From positions 576,001 to 640,000 of the forward strand of contig CBDBDQ010000005.1 in NCBI GenBank assembly GCA_965203905.1: DNA of 64,000 bases, written 5' to 3'. This DNA is from Spirochaetia bacterium (GTDB taxonomy: Bacteria > Spirochaetota > Spirochaetia > SZUA-6 > Bin103). The position numbers and the translations under genes were made by a program. Shown here piece after piece: positions 1 to 9,746 of the stretch (the first letter of the stretch is position 1; every line of letters begins with the position of its first letter). The notes below the pieces were generated by a model. That model was not told where the DNA came from and did not search any database. It saw only the letters and a list, made by a program, of their open reading frames with translations.

Positions 1-32
1 ACGACCGCTGGCGCGCCCGACAGGCGGCTTGA
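1..32 (+). CDS. 3' end of an upstream gene (...YDRWRARQAA*), truncated by the window edge
   Basis: Frame ends at TGA 30-32; a frameshifted copy of the same end (MLPYYDRWRARQA) is at 1249-1292. Confidence 0.5.
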   Translation, partial: DRWRARQAA

Positions 33-203
33 AGCTACTCCGAAATGTCCAGCAGACGAACAAGGTGCACCCCTCTCATGGTCTCCGGCGCCACGGAGTG
101 GCCCTGAGCACTACCCTGGCGCGGCGCCGTCCACGATTCGGCCCAGCGCCTCCGGCAGTGCCGTCCAGCCCCCACGTGGCGGGTCGTGGCTCGTACCACT
201 TCG
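1..203. repeat. Degenerate direct repeat, copy A (partner 1262-1487)
   Basis: Aligns by eye with 1262-1487, with substitutions and a ~20-bp gap; spans the junction of two convergent genes. Confidence 0.9.
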
Positions 204-332
204 AGCACTGCATCATCTCGGAGCCCTGGGCGGGATGATGTCCTTGGCACACTTCGCTCTTGGCGCATCAGCGACTTGAAACACAGGCTCGGATCAGGCA
301 ACTTGAACTGATCAACCAGCTTGGATGGTTCA

Positions 333-770
333 ATGAGCACTGTTCTTGACGACGTTACGAATGAGAGAATCGACGCACAGCATATCCGGCGACGCGTCGA
401 GGACTGGGACAAGCGCTTGCACGCGCTCTATGGCATGATCGGCGGCTGGCTGCCCGCGGGGTGGACCGCCCGTGCGGGTGCGCCGGTGCGCATGCACGAA
501 GAAATGATGCGTGAATTCGGTATCGCCCCGAAGGAGGTTCCGACCCTCGAACTCGTCCACCAGACCGGCGATGCTGCCAGGTTGGAGCCACGTGCGCTCT
601 GGGTCATTGGTTGTAACGGCCGTGTCGACCTGAAACGCGACAGTCATCATTATCTGATTGTCGATCGCGCCGAGAATTTTGAAAGGGCGGACTGGCAGGC
701 AGCTAATGCCCACCGGCGAGGTGAGCGCGAACCCGTCACCCGTGACTGGCTGCTCAGCGTCCTTCAGTGA
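333..770 (+). CDS. Hypothetical protein (LEPRALWVIGCNGRVDL motif), coupled to a HEPN gene
   Basis: ORF 321-770, ATG at 333 after ggatgg; GTGA overlap with the next ORF. Confidence 0.8.
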   Translation: MSTVLDDVTNERIDAQHIRRRVEDWDKRLHALYGMIGGWLPAGWTARAGAPVRMHEEMMREFGIAPKEVPTLELVHQTGDAARLEPRALWVIGCNGRVDLKRDSHHYLIVDRAENFERADWQAANAHRRGEREPVTRDWLLSVLQ

Positions 771-1234
771 GTGATTTGCAAGCAATCGCGGATCTATATG
801 CCGAAGTCGACGACAGCCTGGAAGTATTGCGCGACAGGGCCAGTGCCGCAGCCGCAGCCACCGAGCGAACTCGGATCGAACACAAACAGAGAATAAACGA
901 CCAAGCCTACTTTGTGCTCGCATGGGGTCAATTGGAGGCCGACATAGTGGATGCGTGTCGCAGCACGATTCGGCACGCTCAAACGCATGGCAACTGGCGC
1001 GAACGTCGTGCCTGGACTCTGTACAACCCGGATGATCGGAGATTGTCAGGCCTGAACTTCGAGAACCGGTTGACACTCGTCCTCGAGAAGGGCTCCGACA
1101 ACTGGAAGAAGGTGTTGCAGCACTACCGCGTCCGCAATCAGATCGCGCACGGCAGACTCCGCTCCCAGCGCATCGACGTCTCCAGCGTAATCGAGGAGTT
1201 CTATCTCATCCAGGCATCGCTGGCGCGCAACTGA
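767..1234 (+). CDS. HEPN-domain protein (putative RNase)
   Basis: 155 aa with Rx4H motif RNQIAH near the C-terminus and an upstream acidic motif (AWGQLEAD). Confidence 0.7.
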   Translation: MSDLQAIADLYAEVDDSLEVLRDRASAAAAATERTRIEHKQRINDQAYFVLAWGQLEADIVDACRSTIRHAQTHGNWRERRAWTLYNPDDRRLSGLNFENRLTLVLEKGSDNWKKVLQHYRVRNQIAHGRLRSQRIDVSSVIEEFYLIQASLARN

Positions 1235-1261
1235 ATCCCTCCGCGATCATGCTGCCCTACT

Positions 1262-1487
1262 ACGACCGCTGGCGCGCCCGGCAGGCGCTTGAAGTTGGTC
1301 CGAAATCACGTCCAGCAGACGAACCAGGTGCAGCGGTTTCATGGCCTCCGGCGCCACGGAGTTGCCTTGCGTACTACCCTGACGCGGCGCCGTCCACGAT
1401 GCGGCCCAGTGCCTCCGGCAGCGCGGTCGGCCTGCCGTGGATGGCGTCCAGCGCCACGTGGCGGGTCGCGGCTCGCGCCACCTCCGT
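1262..1487. repeat. Degenerate direct repeat, copy B (partner 1-203)
   Basis: Contains the intact thioesterase 3' end and a decayed copy of the upstream gene end. Confidence 0.9.
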
Positions 1488-1802
1488 ACCGGCCGCATCA
1501 AGGAAGCGGTACCCCACCTGGTAGGAGTGGTCGCCGCGCCGGGTCAGGGTGAGCTCCACCTGCAGCCGGTCCCCCACGCGGATGGGCCGGGCGAACTCCG
1601 CTTCCACCGCCACCACCGGCAGGCGCACCTCACCCTGGGCGAGGACCTTGCCGATTCCCAGCCCTGCCTGCTCCAGCAGCGCCTCGTAGGCCTCGTGTGC
1701 CAGCTCCAGCAGGCGCGAGCAGAAGATGACCCCCGCGGCGTCGCTGTGGTGCAGCCGCACGGTGAGCGGATGGACGAAGTCCGGGGCCGGCATGCTCGAC
1801 AT
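1374..1802 (-). CDS. Acyl-CoA thioesterase (4HBT/hotdog fold)
   Basis: VRLHHSDAAGVIF, LPVVAVEAEFARPIRVGD motifs; start trimmed from ORF 1374-2156. Confidence 0.85.
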   Translation of the reverse strand: MSSMPAPDFVHPLTVRLHHSDAAGVIFCSRLLELAHEAYEALLEQAGLGIGKVLAQGEVRLPVVAVEAEFARPIRVGDRLQVELTLTRRGDHSYQVGYRFLDAAGTEVARAATRHVALDAIHGRPTALPEALGRIVDGAASG

Positions 1803-1832
1803 CGCTCCCAGCGTACCCAACGGCGGCAAACA

Positions 1833-4607
1833 ATGCACAATGTTGGGGACATGGATGGGATGACCGCGGCCGAGGCACGCGATACGGCGATGCGTGCCGA
1901 TATCCACCTGCTCGGCGACCTGCTCGGCCAGACCCTGGTGCGGCAACACGGCCGCCACCTGCTGGAACTGGTCGAACGGGTGCGCACCCTGAGCAAGAGT
2001 GCCCGCGATCCGGCCCCCGACCACCGCGCCGCCGCCGAACTGGACGCCCTGCTGGCGCGACTCGACATGACCGACACCACCAACCTGGTGCGCGCCTTCT
2101 CCACCTTCTTTCACCTGGCGAACGTGGCCGAGCAGACCCACCGGGTGGACGAGCACGGCCCGCGCAGCGGCATCGCCCGCGGCCGGCTACGCGCGCTGTT
2201 CGATCACATCAAGCAGGACGGGGCGCAGCGCGCCGCCCTGCACGAGGTGGCCGGCCGCCTCGACGTGCGGCCGGTGTTCACCGCCCATCCTACGGAGGCG
2301 GCGCGCCGCTCCGTGCTCACCAAGCTGCAGCGCATCGGCGAATTGCTCTACGAGCAGGCGGACCCGCGCCAGACCGCGGTGGACCAGCAGCGCATCCGGC
2401 GCCGCCTGGCCGAGGCGATCGACCTGATCTGGCAGACCGACGAGCTGCGTGTTCACCGCCCTACCCCCACCGACGAGGCGCGGGCGGCGATCTACTACCT
2501 GCAGGAGCTGCTGCGCGGCGTGAGCGGCGACCTGTTCGACGAGCTGGACGCCCAACTCCAGCGGGTCGGCATCGAGCTGCCGGCCCACGCCCGGCCGCTG
2601 AACTTCGGGAGCTGGGTCGGCGGCGATCGCGACGGCAACCCGCTGGTCACCGCGGAGGTGACCACGGCGGTGCTGGAACTGCAGCACGACCGCGCCCTGC
2701 AGGAGCTGCTGCGGGCGGTGGACGCGCTGTCCGCTGAGCTCAGCAGCTCGGAGCACATCCACGGCGTGTCGCAGGAGCTAGCCGACAGCCTGCAGCGCGA
2801 CGCCGTGGCCCTGCCGGCCACCGACCAGGCGGCGCGGCGCCGCAATGCCGATGAGAGCTACCGGCTCAAGCTGGCCTTCATCCGCGCGCGCCTGGAGAAC
2901 ACGCGCCGGCGCATCGCCGAGCGCGCACGCCACGTGCCGCGCCGCGACTACCTGACCGCCGACGAGCTGGTCGCCGAGCTGGAGCTGCTGCAGCGCTCGC
3001 TGCGCGCCCATCGCGGCGAGGTGATCGCGGACGGGGCGGTGCGCCGCCTGCTGCGCCGCGCCGCCGCCTTCGGCTTCCACCTCGCGACCCTCGACGTGCG
3101 CGAGCACGCCGTGAAGCACCACGCCACGCTGGCCGCGCTGTACCGGCGCCTTCCCGAAGGCCCCGACTACGGGTCGCTGACCCCGGCACAACGGTTCGAG
3201 GTGCTCTCCGCCGAGCTTGCCCACCGCCGTCCCATAGGCACGCCGGCCACCAGGCTGGCCGACGAGGCGGGCGCCACGCTGGCGACGATGCAGGTGGTCC
3301 GCACGGCCCTGGAGCGGTTCGGCGGCCGCGCCATCGAAAGTTACATCATCTCGGAGACCCTGGGCGCGGACGACGTGCTGGCGGCGGTGGTGCTGGCGCG
3401 CGAAGCGGGGCTGGTGGACCTGGCCGCGGGACACGCGGCGATCGGCTTCGTGCCGCTGTTCGAGACTCCCGATTCGATCCGGCAGGCGGATGCCACGCTG
3501 CGCGAACTGCTGCGGGAGCCCAGCTACCGCGAGCTGCTGCGGCTGCGCGGCGGCCCGCAGGAGGTGATGCTCGGCTACTCCGACTCCAACAAGCTGGGCG
3601 GCATCGCCACGGCGCAGTGGGAGTTGCACCGCTGCGAGCGGCGCCTGCGCGCGGTGGCCGCCGAGTGCGGCGTGCAACTGCGCTTCTTCCACGGCCGCGG
3701 CGGCACCGTCGGCCGCGGCGGCGGCCCCACCGCGGAGGCGATCCTGGCGCAGCCGTGGGGCACCGTGAACGGCACCATCAAGATCACCGAGCAGGGCGAG
3801 GTGGTGGCCGACAAGTACGCGCTGCCGCGGCTGGCGCGCGACAACCTGGAGCTGACCCTGGCGGCCTCGATCGAGGCTACGGTGCTGCACCGCAGCGCCG
3901 AGCGCCCGGAGGCAGACATGGAGCGCTGGAACTCCGCCATGGAGACCGCCTCGCGGGCCGCGTACGCCGCCTACCGGGGCCTGGTTGACCACCCGTCGCT
4001 GGTACCTTACTTCCTGAGTGCGACCCCGGTGGAGGAGCTGGCCTCGCTCAAGATCGGCTCACGGCCGTCGCGGCGTCCCGGCACCGGCGCCGGCATCGAC
4101 GGCATGCGCGCCATCCCGTGGGTGTTCGGCTGGACCCAGACCCGGCAGGTGGTGCCCGGCTGGTACGGCGTAGGCAGCGGACTGGCCGCGGCGCGGGACG
4201 CGGGGGTGGATTGCCTCACCGAGATGTACGAGCGCTGGCCGTTCTTTCGCATGTTCCTCTCCAACGTGGAGATGACCCTGGCCAAGACCGATCTGGTCAC
4301 CGCCCGGCGCTACGTGGACACCCTGGTGCCGGAAGTGCACCGGCAGATCTTCGACCTGATCGCCGCCGAGCACGAGCGCGCGGTGCAGCAGGTGCTGGCC
4401 ACCACTGGCAAGCCGGCGCTGCTGGCCGACTATCCGGTGCTCAAGCGCACCCTGGACGTGCGCGCGGCGTACCTGGAACCGCTGCACCTGCTGCAGATCG
4501 TCCTGCTGGAGCGGCATCGCGGCGCCGACCAGGTGGATCCGCGCGTGGAGCGGGCGATCCTGCTCACCGTCAACGGCCTCGCCGCCGGGCTGCGCAACAC
4601 CGGGTAG
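1833..4607 (+). CDS. ppc: Phosphoenolpyruvate carboxylase
   Basis: VFTAHPTE, EVMLGYSDSNK, FHGRGGTVGRGGGP, RAIPWVF and C-terminal LRNTG. Confidence 0.98.
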   Translation: MHNVGDMDGMTAAEARDTAMRADIHLLGDLLGQTLVRQHGRHLLELVERVRTLSKSARDPAPDHRAAAELDALLARLDMTDTTNLVRAFSTFFHLANVAEQTHRVDEHGPRSGIARGRLRALFDHIKQDGAQRAALHEVAGRLDVRPVFTAHPTEAARRSVLTKLQRIGELLYEQADPRQTAVDQQRIRRRLAEAIDLIWQTDELRVHRPTPTDEARAAIYYLQELLRGVSGDLFDELDAQLQRVGIELPAHARPLNFGSWVGGDRDGNPLVTAEVTTAVLELQHDRALQELLRAVDALSAELSSSEHIHGVSQELADSLQRDAVALPATDQAARRRNADESYRLKLAFIRARLENTRRRIAERARHVPRRDYLTADELVAELELLQRSLRAHRGEVIADGAVRRLLRRAAAFGFHLATLDVREHAVKHHATLAALYRRLPEGPDYGSLTPAQRFEVLSAELAHRRPIGTPATRLADEAGATLATMQVVRTALERFGGRAIESYIISETLGADDVLAAVVLAREAGLVDLAAGHAAIGFVPLFETPDSIRQADATLRELLREPSYRELLRLRGGPQEVMLGYSDSNKLGGIATAQWELHRCERRLRAVAAECGVQLRFFHGRGGTVGRGGGPTAEAILAQPWGTVNGTIKITEQGEVVADKYALPRLARDNLELTLAASIEATVLHRSAERPEADMERWNSAMETASRAAYAAYRGLVDHPSLVPYFLSATPVEELASLKIGSRPSRRPGTGAGIDGMRAIPWVFGWTQTRQVVPGWYGVGSGLAAARDAGVDCLTEMYERWPFFRMFLSNVEMTLAKTDLVTARRYVDTLVPEVHRQIFDLIAAEHERAVQQVLATTGKPALLADYPVLKRTLDVRAAYLEPLHLLQIVLLERHRGADQVDPRVERAILLTVNGLAAGLRNTG

Positions 4608-4684
4608 CATGCAAGCCCACTCCGTGACGCGGGAGACTATGGAAACCGTGCAACTGGTTCGTCTGCTTCACATGATTCTCGGGA
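4602..4684 (+). repeat. ~85-bp element starting at the ppc stop codon; inverted copies at ~1295-1379 and ~38-117; carries most of a 19-aa mini-ORF (4639-4698)
   Basis: gggtag...ctccgtgacgcgggagactatggaaaccgtgcaactggttcgtctgct matches the reverse complement of 1295-1379. Confidence 0.8.
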
Positions 4685-4694
4685 TAGCCGGTCG

Positions 4695-5594
4695 ATGAAG
4701 ATCCTTCTTACCGGCGCCTGTGGCTTCATCGGCCGCAACCTGATCAGCGAGTTGGAGACGCGCGGGCACGAGCTGCGCCTGCTCGACATGACGCGCCCGG
4801 AGCACGCCACCATGTTCCAGGGCGCGCGGGCACGCGCACACGTACCGCTGGAAACCCGTTGGCCGTTCGTGCAGGCGGATATCACCGACGAGGCGGCCAT
4901 GGTGCGCGCCTGCGCCGGAATGGATGCGGTGGTCCACCTGGCCGGCGAGCCGCGCGGCCTGCCGGAGATCGCCGTGCACACCTTCCGCAGCAACGCACTG
5001 GGAACCTTCGTCGCGATCGACGCCGCCCAGCGCAGCGGCGTACCCCGCTTCCTGTGCGCCTCCAGCATCAACGCCTTCGGCACCTTCTTCTGGCGCCTGA
5101 GCGGCCAGCCGGCGCCCTACCGGAGCCTGCCGCTGGACGAAGGCTTCGAGCCGGTACCCGAAGATCCGTACAGCCTGAGCAAGATGGTCAACGAGCACAC
5201 CTGCGCCGCCTACCACCGCGCCTACGGCATGACCGCCATCGCCTTCCGCTTCGCCGGCGTGTGGCCGCAGGCCAGGTACGCGCAGGTGCGGGAGGCCGGA
5301 CTGGCGCCCACCACCTCCTGGTCGGACGACCTGTACCAGTGGGTGCACGTCGAAGACGTCGCGCGCGGCATCCGCCAGGCGCTGGAAGCGGACCACCTGA
5401 CCGGCTTCGGGGTGTACACGCTCGGGGCCGCGGATACCCGCTGCCCGGAACCGACCATGGAACTGGTGCGGCGGTTTCGTCCGCTCCTGGCACGGACGCT
5501 GGCCGCGCCGCTACCGGGACGCGCTCCCCTGCTGGCCATCGACCGGGCGCGCGAAGCGTTCGGCTACGCCCCGCGGTTCCGGCTCGGTGAATGA
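4695..5594 (+). CDS. NAD-dependent epimerase/dehydratase
   Basis: ILLTGACGFIG Rossmann motif, YSLSK catalytic motif. Confidence 0.93.
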   Translation: MKILLTGACGFIGRNLISELETRGHELRLLDMTRPEHATMFQGARARAHVPLETRWPFVQADITDEAAMVRACAGMDAVVHLAGEPRGLPEIAVHTFRSNALGTFVAIDAAQRSGVPRFLCASSINAFGTFFWRLSGQPAPYRSLPLDEGFEPVPEDPYSLSKMVNEHTCAAYHRAYGMTAIAFRFAGVWPQARYAQVREAGLAPTTSWSDDLYQWVHVEDVARGIRQALEADHLTGFGVYTLGAADTRCPEPTMELVRRFRPLLARTLAAPLPGRAPLLAIDRAREAFGYAPRFRLGE

Positions 5595-5718
5595 GCCTCG
5601 ACTCCGCACCGGAACTCGCCGCGGGGCCGGCCCCCGGACCGTGGTCCGCTGCTCGCTGTGAACGCGTTGACCGTGATTGATCCGCGTACCAAGGTCCGGG
5701 GCCAAGTCCGCACGCTTA

Positions 5719-6822
5719 TCACCCTAAATACTCCCTCAGATGGCACGCGGGACCCAGCAATTCGACCTGCCATTGCGTGTGCAGAGCGATCTGACGACGT
5801 AGTCGAACGACACCCGGCGCTGGCGTTCGTTGTAGTCTGATCCCGGATTCGCCAATCGTACGCTCGACAGCACGGCCCCTGCGAGTTGGACGAACCACGC
5901 CGGTCTTCGCCGTAGCGTATGCGTGTGAGGATCTGCCCAGGATTCGCCGCACGTCACGGTTGGTCGGCAGAGCACGGTTACCTCGTCGCCACGGCGTCAG
6001 AATGGCGATTGGATCAACCTCCAGCATTTCTTCCCACACAGCGGATTCGTCGGCGCTCTCAGAGCCATGGTGGGAGACCTTGAACGCAGATGCCGTTCCT
6101 GATGGCCGAGCTTCATCCTCCAGTATTTTCGACCAGCCACGCTGCTCAAGATCCGCTCCGAGCAGCACAGCAATGTCGCCGACCTCAATCCGCAGGGCAA
6201 CCGCGATTTCGTTTGGTGAGCGGCTAGGGACTCTGGTTTCGGCCTGGCCCGCCCTCGGCAGCAAAGGGGACATCGCTCGCATGAAATCCACGAACGCGTC
6301 GTCGGAGGGCGAGAGTGCCCAGATGCGGCACAATCCATGCACGAAGATGCGGCGATTGGCGACGGCCCATGTCGGCACGCCGCCCACCTCGCGGAGCCTG
6401 GAGAACACGCTATAGATCTCTCGGACGCCTGAACTGGATGCAGCAAAGTGCCGGTTGTCCAAGGCATGGACCACGCCGAGAAACTCGTCGGCGCAGAGGA
6501 CGTTGGAGCAGCAGAACTTTGCCTTCCTACATACTGCTGCCATTTGCGCGATGCCACGTATGTGGTCGTCATGCCAATGCGAAGCCACGATGAGCTTCAC
6601 AGCTTCGCCAGGATCGACGCCAAGAATCTCCAGGTACTCCAAGGCGGTTGGGGCGTCCGTACGGCCGCATGAGTCGACCAGCACCCAGGCGCCATCGCCA
6701 ACGTGCATGACGATGCTTTCACCGTACCCGGGTCCAAGAAGCGTCAGTTCAAACTCATCGTTCCTTGGGGGATTGCCCCCGTCCGTCACAGCTCGAATGC
6801 CCGCCTTGTCTCTCGTGCCCAC
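5719..6822 (-). CDS. MBL-fold metallohydrolase, ComEC/Rec2-type nuclease-like
   Basis: GPGYGESI, SHWHDDH, LLGADLE, KVSHHGS motifs. Confidence 0.88.
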   Translation of the reverse strand: MGTRDKAGIRAVTDGGNPPRNDEFELTLLGPGYGESIVMHVGDGAWVLVDSCGRTDAPTALEYLEILGVDPGEAVKLIVASHWHDDHIRGIAQMAAVCRKAKFCCSNVLCADEFLGVVHALDNRHFAASSSGVREIYSVFSRLREVGGVPTWAVANRRIFVHGLCRIWALSPSDDAFVDFMRAMSPLLPRAGQAETRVPSRSPNEIAVALRIEVGDIAVLLGADLEQRGWSKILEDEARPSGTASAFKVSHHGSESADESAVWEEMLEVDPIAILTPWRRGNRALPTNRDVRRILGRSSHAYATAKTGVVRPTRRGRAVERTIGESGIRLQRTPAPGVVRLRRQIALHTQWQVELLGPACHLREYLG

Positions 6823-7397
6823 TCCTTGCCTTGCTGCAGGTCGCGATCGGTAATCCGGGGAAGATCGCGGAATACGATCTGGGAGACACGTTTCTTAGTG
6901 CCTGAAGGAGAGCGCTCGTAGCCAATTACCCAGCGAAAGATAGCCCCTACCCGCAATGTGGCCGCGTCGCCATCCGAGATCTCGGTCAAAGGGATGATCG
7001 CTTCTTCCTCTTCGTGCGACGAGCCCACCGTCAGGTCGGTCAACGCCGCCACAAACTCGTCGCCGCCAATCTCAAGCACGTGCCCTTCCCACTCCTGCAG
7101 AGCGTGAAACGTGGCGGCTGCGGTGGCGTGCGATAGTTTCGGCGGTGCATTCACAACCGAGACAGCACCTGTCCCAGACTGCACTTCATGAAGCGAAACC
7201 GAGAAACTCCCCCTTCCCACACCAACCGGACCACGGCTTTCGCCGGAGTTGCTCGCCGGATCTAGGATCAACGCCATCCGCACCGCCTCGTCCACCCTCA
7301 TGAGTGGTGTGTCAAGGGCCTCTGCACCAGAGCCTTCGTCACTTGAGACATTATGGAGCCCGTACGGCCCGGCAGGTTGGATAGTCTCTCCTGTCAA
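6786..7397 (-). CDS. Hypothetical protein (LQEWEGHV...GAIFRWVIGYE domain)
   Basis: Overlaps both neighbours; globular-looking C-terminal ~110 aa; start uncertain. Confidence 0.75.
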   Translation of the reverse strand: MTGETIQPAGPYGLHNVSSDEGSGAEALDTPLMRVDEAVRMALILDPASNSGESRGPVGVGRGSFSVSLHEVQSGTGAVSVVNAPPKLSHATAAATFHALQEWEGHVLEIGGDEFVAALTDLTVGSSHEEEEAIIPLTEISDGDAATLRVGAIFRWVIGYERSPSGTKKRVSQIVFRDLPRITDRDLQQGKEWARETRRAFEL

Positions 7398-8095
7398 AGT
7401 AAACTCTCTTTCGCTAAAGACAATATGTGATCGACTATACCTTGGCTTCGCCGGAGGGAAACCTCAAATTCATCCCCGAGGAATCGCATGAGTCTCGTTC
7501 CGTCCGCGCTTTCGGCATCTTCGACTGCATACTGATCATTCACTTGGACGTAGACCCCCAACCTCCCACCGCTAATCCGGTGGGACGGCCCTACAGTTAC
7601 ATTGATCTCACTGCCCGGCGGCCGGCCCTTCGGCCGGAGCTGCGACATCTTGAGCGTCGTCATTCCACCAGACTCAGCGTTCAATTCAAGTTCCTCAACG
7701 TAACACCCCCACGGTTCCACCGGTGCCAGGGCTCTGCCGATGCGGTCCAGTTCAGCCAAGTTGGCTACAGGGACATGAACGTTGCGATTGATACCTATCA
7801 GCCGGAGGGGCGTATGGTGGAGGTACTCCTTGAACACGCGCAAGACAAGGTCCCGCACTCGGATGTGAGGCGCTTGGGCGGTCTCCGCTACGAACGTATC
7901 GGTCGTCACCTGCAGCGAGAGCCAGTCGAAAGAAAACTGGGTCACCTGCGCATGGGCGACCTGCAACGTTGCCGTGTCGGCAGCGGTGTTCGGGAGCAGT
8001 TCGTGCAAAACGAACCAGGCCGGAGTGAAAATCGCCGGATTGAAGTTCCCGCGGAGCACGACTGCCACACCGTCGATCTCCGGGTGAGTCCTCAC
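7394..8095 (-). CDS. Hypothetical protein, TIGR04255-like
   Basis: VVLRGNFNPAIFTPAWF and HTPLRLIGIN motifs; family label from memory. Confidence 0.7.
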   Translation of the reverse strand: MRTHPEIDGVAVVLRGNFNPAIFTPAWFVLHELLPNTAADTATLQVAHAQVTQFSFDWLSLQVTTDTFVAETAQAPHIRVRDLVLRVFKEYLHHTPLRLIGINRNVHVPVANLAELDRIGRALAPVEPWGCYVEELELNAESGGMTTLKMSQLRPKGRPPGSEINVTVGPSHRISGGRLGVYVQVNDQYAVEDAESADGTRLMRFLGDEFEVSLRRSQGIVDHILSLAKESLL

Positions 8096-8269
8096 GCTAT
8101 GCGCCTTTGGTGCGCTCGGGCGAGCTAGCCGCGCGGGACCGCGGCCGGTATGACGCTCTATGGCCCGCGCCGTCGGTCAGCAGAATAAGCAGCGCCATCA
8201 GCATGCGACGCGAATGCCGGCGGTGCATCGCCATTCCTGCCCAGCTACGGCACGGATGTCGGTTTCTCA

Positions 8270-8355
8270 TCGGCGCAAGGATCGGCGTCCGCGACGCTTC
8301 CGGCGAGGATTTCAGCCCGTGGGCGGCAGGTGTCGAATATCGTCAGGGTCGTCAT
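8270..8355 (-). pseudogene. N-terminal remnant resembling DUF499 AAA+ ATPases
   Basis: MTTLTIFDTCRPRAEILAGSVADAD resembles the DUF499 N-terminus (TIFDxCxPRxDVLxGxxxxxDFAADL). Confidence 0.5.
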
Positions 8356-8582
8356 GTCTGCGCGGCATGGGGGTGCCTGAGGGCGAGAGCCTGCCAGGCG
8401 TCGGGCGCTGACGAACGGCGGTCTGGCGACCCGACCTCCTGCACTATGCCACGTCCACTTCGTTCGTGTCACACCGACATGCGCGACGTGCGCGACGCGG
8501 TCGGCGTGGTGAATGGCGTGCGCGCCGATCCATCAACGTGGTGATCCAAGGTGTACATGACAGTCAGTCCACTGCGCTGGAC

Positions 8583-9608
8583 TCAGTCCGCGGTTGGCTC
8601 TCTCACCCAACGGGCCGACCGGCCGAGCAGGCGCAGGAGACCGATTACGCCGCCGATGATGCCGGCCAGGGCGAACACGGCGGCGTAGTCGATCAGGGGA
8701 ATGCGCAGCACCTCGCTCAACCGGCCCCAGCCAAGCGGCACGTATACCGCCAGCACGCCGGCGACGTAGGCCGCCAGGACCAGGCCGCGTACCGGGCGCG
8801 ACCAGCTCAGGCCGTGCATCTGCGTAATCACGAAGATTCCGCCGAACCCGAACGCGAACATCGGCCACATGCCCTCGCCCTGCATGATCGCCACCAGCGT
8901 GCCGTGGGCCAGCACCGCCACCTCCAACGCCAGCGTCCACCAGCGGTTCACGTGCGCGCGGGTCAGGAACAGGCTGCCCTGCAGCAACAGGAGGAACAGG
9001 TACAGGAACCCGATCAGGTGCCCGCTGGTGGCCTCCATCGGGTGGTACCAGAACGTGTACACGATCGCCCAGGCGAAGTAATAGCCGTGGTAGCGCCGCG
9101 CCACCTCCGTGAGCCGGCGCGGGAACCCGATCCTGGCGCCAAAGAACAGCCCCCGGCGCGGGTTCTCCATCAGCAGCACCCACACCAGCATCACCACCAC
9201 CGACCCCAGCGAGCTCCAGATCGAGACGTCCTGCGCCAAACCGTCGTACCAGAGATGGGTCTGCACCAGGTGCAACGCGACGAAGAAGCCGTTGACCCCC
9301 AGGGCCAGGTAGTTTGCGGAGCGCAGCGAGGCGCTGTAACGGGGCCGGACGCGCCCGGCGGTGCGCTGTGCGTAGGCGATCAGCGCCCAGAACGAGACCT
9401 GGTGCAGCAGGTAGAAGCCCCACGCCGTCAGGCGGCTGGCCGCGGTCGGTTCGATCAGCTTCCAGTAGTACCAGGATGCACCGGCGTCGGGGGCATGGGG
9501 GACGTCGGCCAGCCGCTCTCCCAGCAGCCAGATGAGCAGCGTGAACGCGAGGCTGACGGCGGCGCCGATCGCCAGGACCCGATACGCCGATCCCGGTGCC
9601 CGCTTCAT
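8583..9608 (-). CDS. Multi-pass membrane protein of unknown function
   Basis: About 10 hydrophobic segments with His/Trp-rich loops; start trimmed to MKRAPG. Confidence 0.85.
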   Translation of the reverse strand: MKRAPGSAYRVLAIGAAVSLAFTLLIWLLGERLADVPHAPDAGASWYYWKLIEPTAASRLTAWGFYLLHQVSFWALIAYAQRTAGRVRPRYSASLRSANYLALGVNGFFVALHLVQTHLWYDGLAQDVSIWSSLGSVVVMLVWVLLMENPRRGLFFGARIGFPRRLTEVARRYHGYYFAWAIVYTFWYHPMEATSGHLIGFLYLFLLLLQGSLFLTRAHVNRWWTLALEVAVLAHGTLVAIMQGEGMWPMFAFGFGGIFVITQMHGLSWSRPVRGLVLAAYVAGVLAVYVPLGWGRLSEVLRIPLIDYAAVFALAGIIGGVIGLLRLLGRSARWVREPTAD

Positions 9609-9746
9609 GCTTACGCGTTGGCCTGCGCCCGCTCCCATGTAATAACAATGTCGAAGCCGCACCGAGTACAGGTCAACATTCGCCCATGTCACTGCACTTG
9701 GCGTCGTTACGGACCGTGCGCAGCCTTTGTGATCGCGCCTGAGTGG

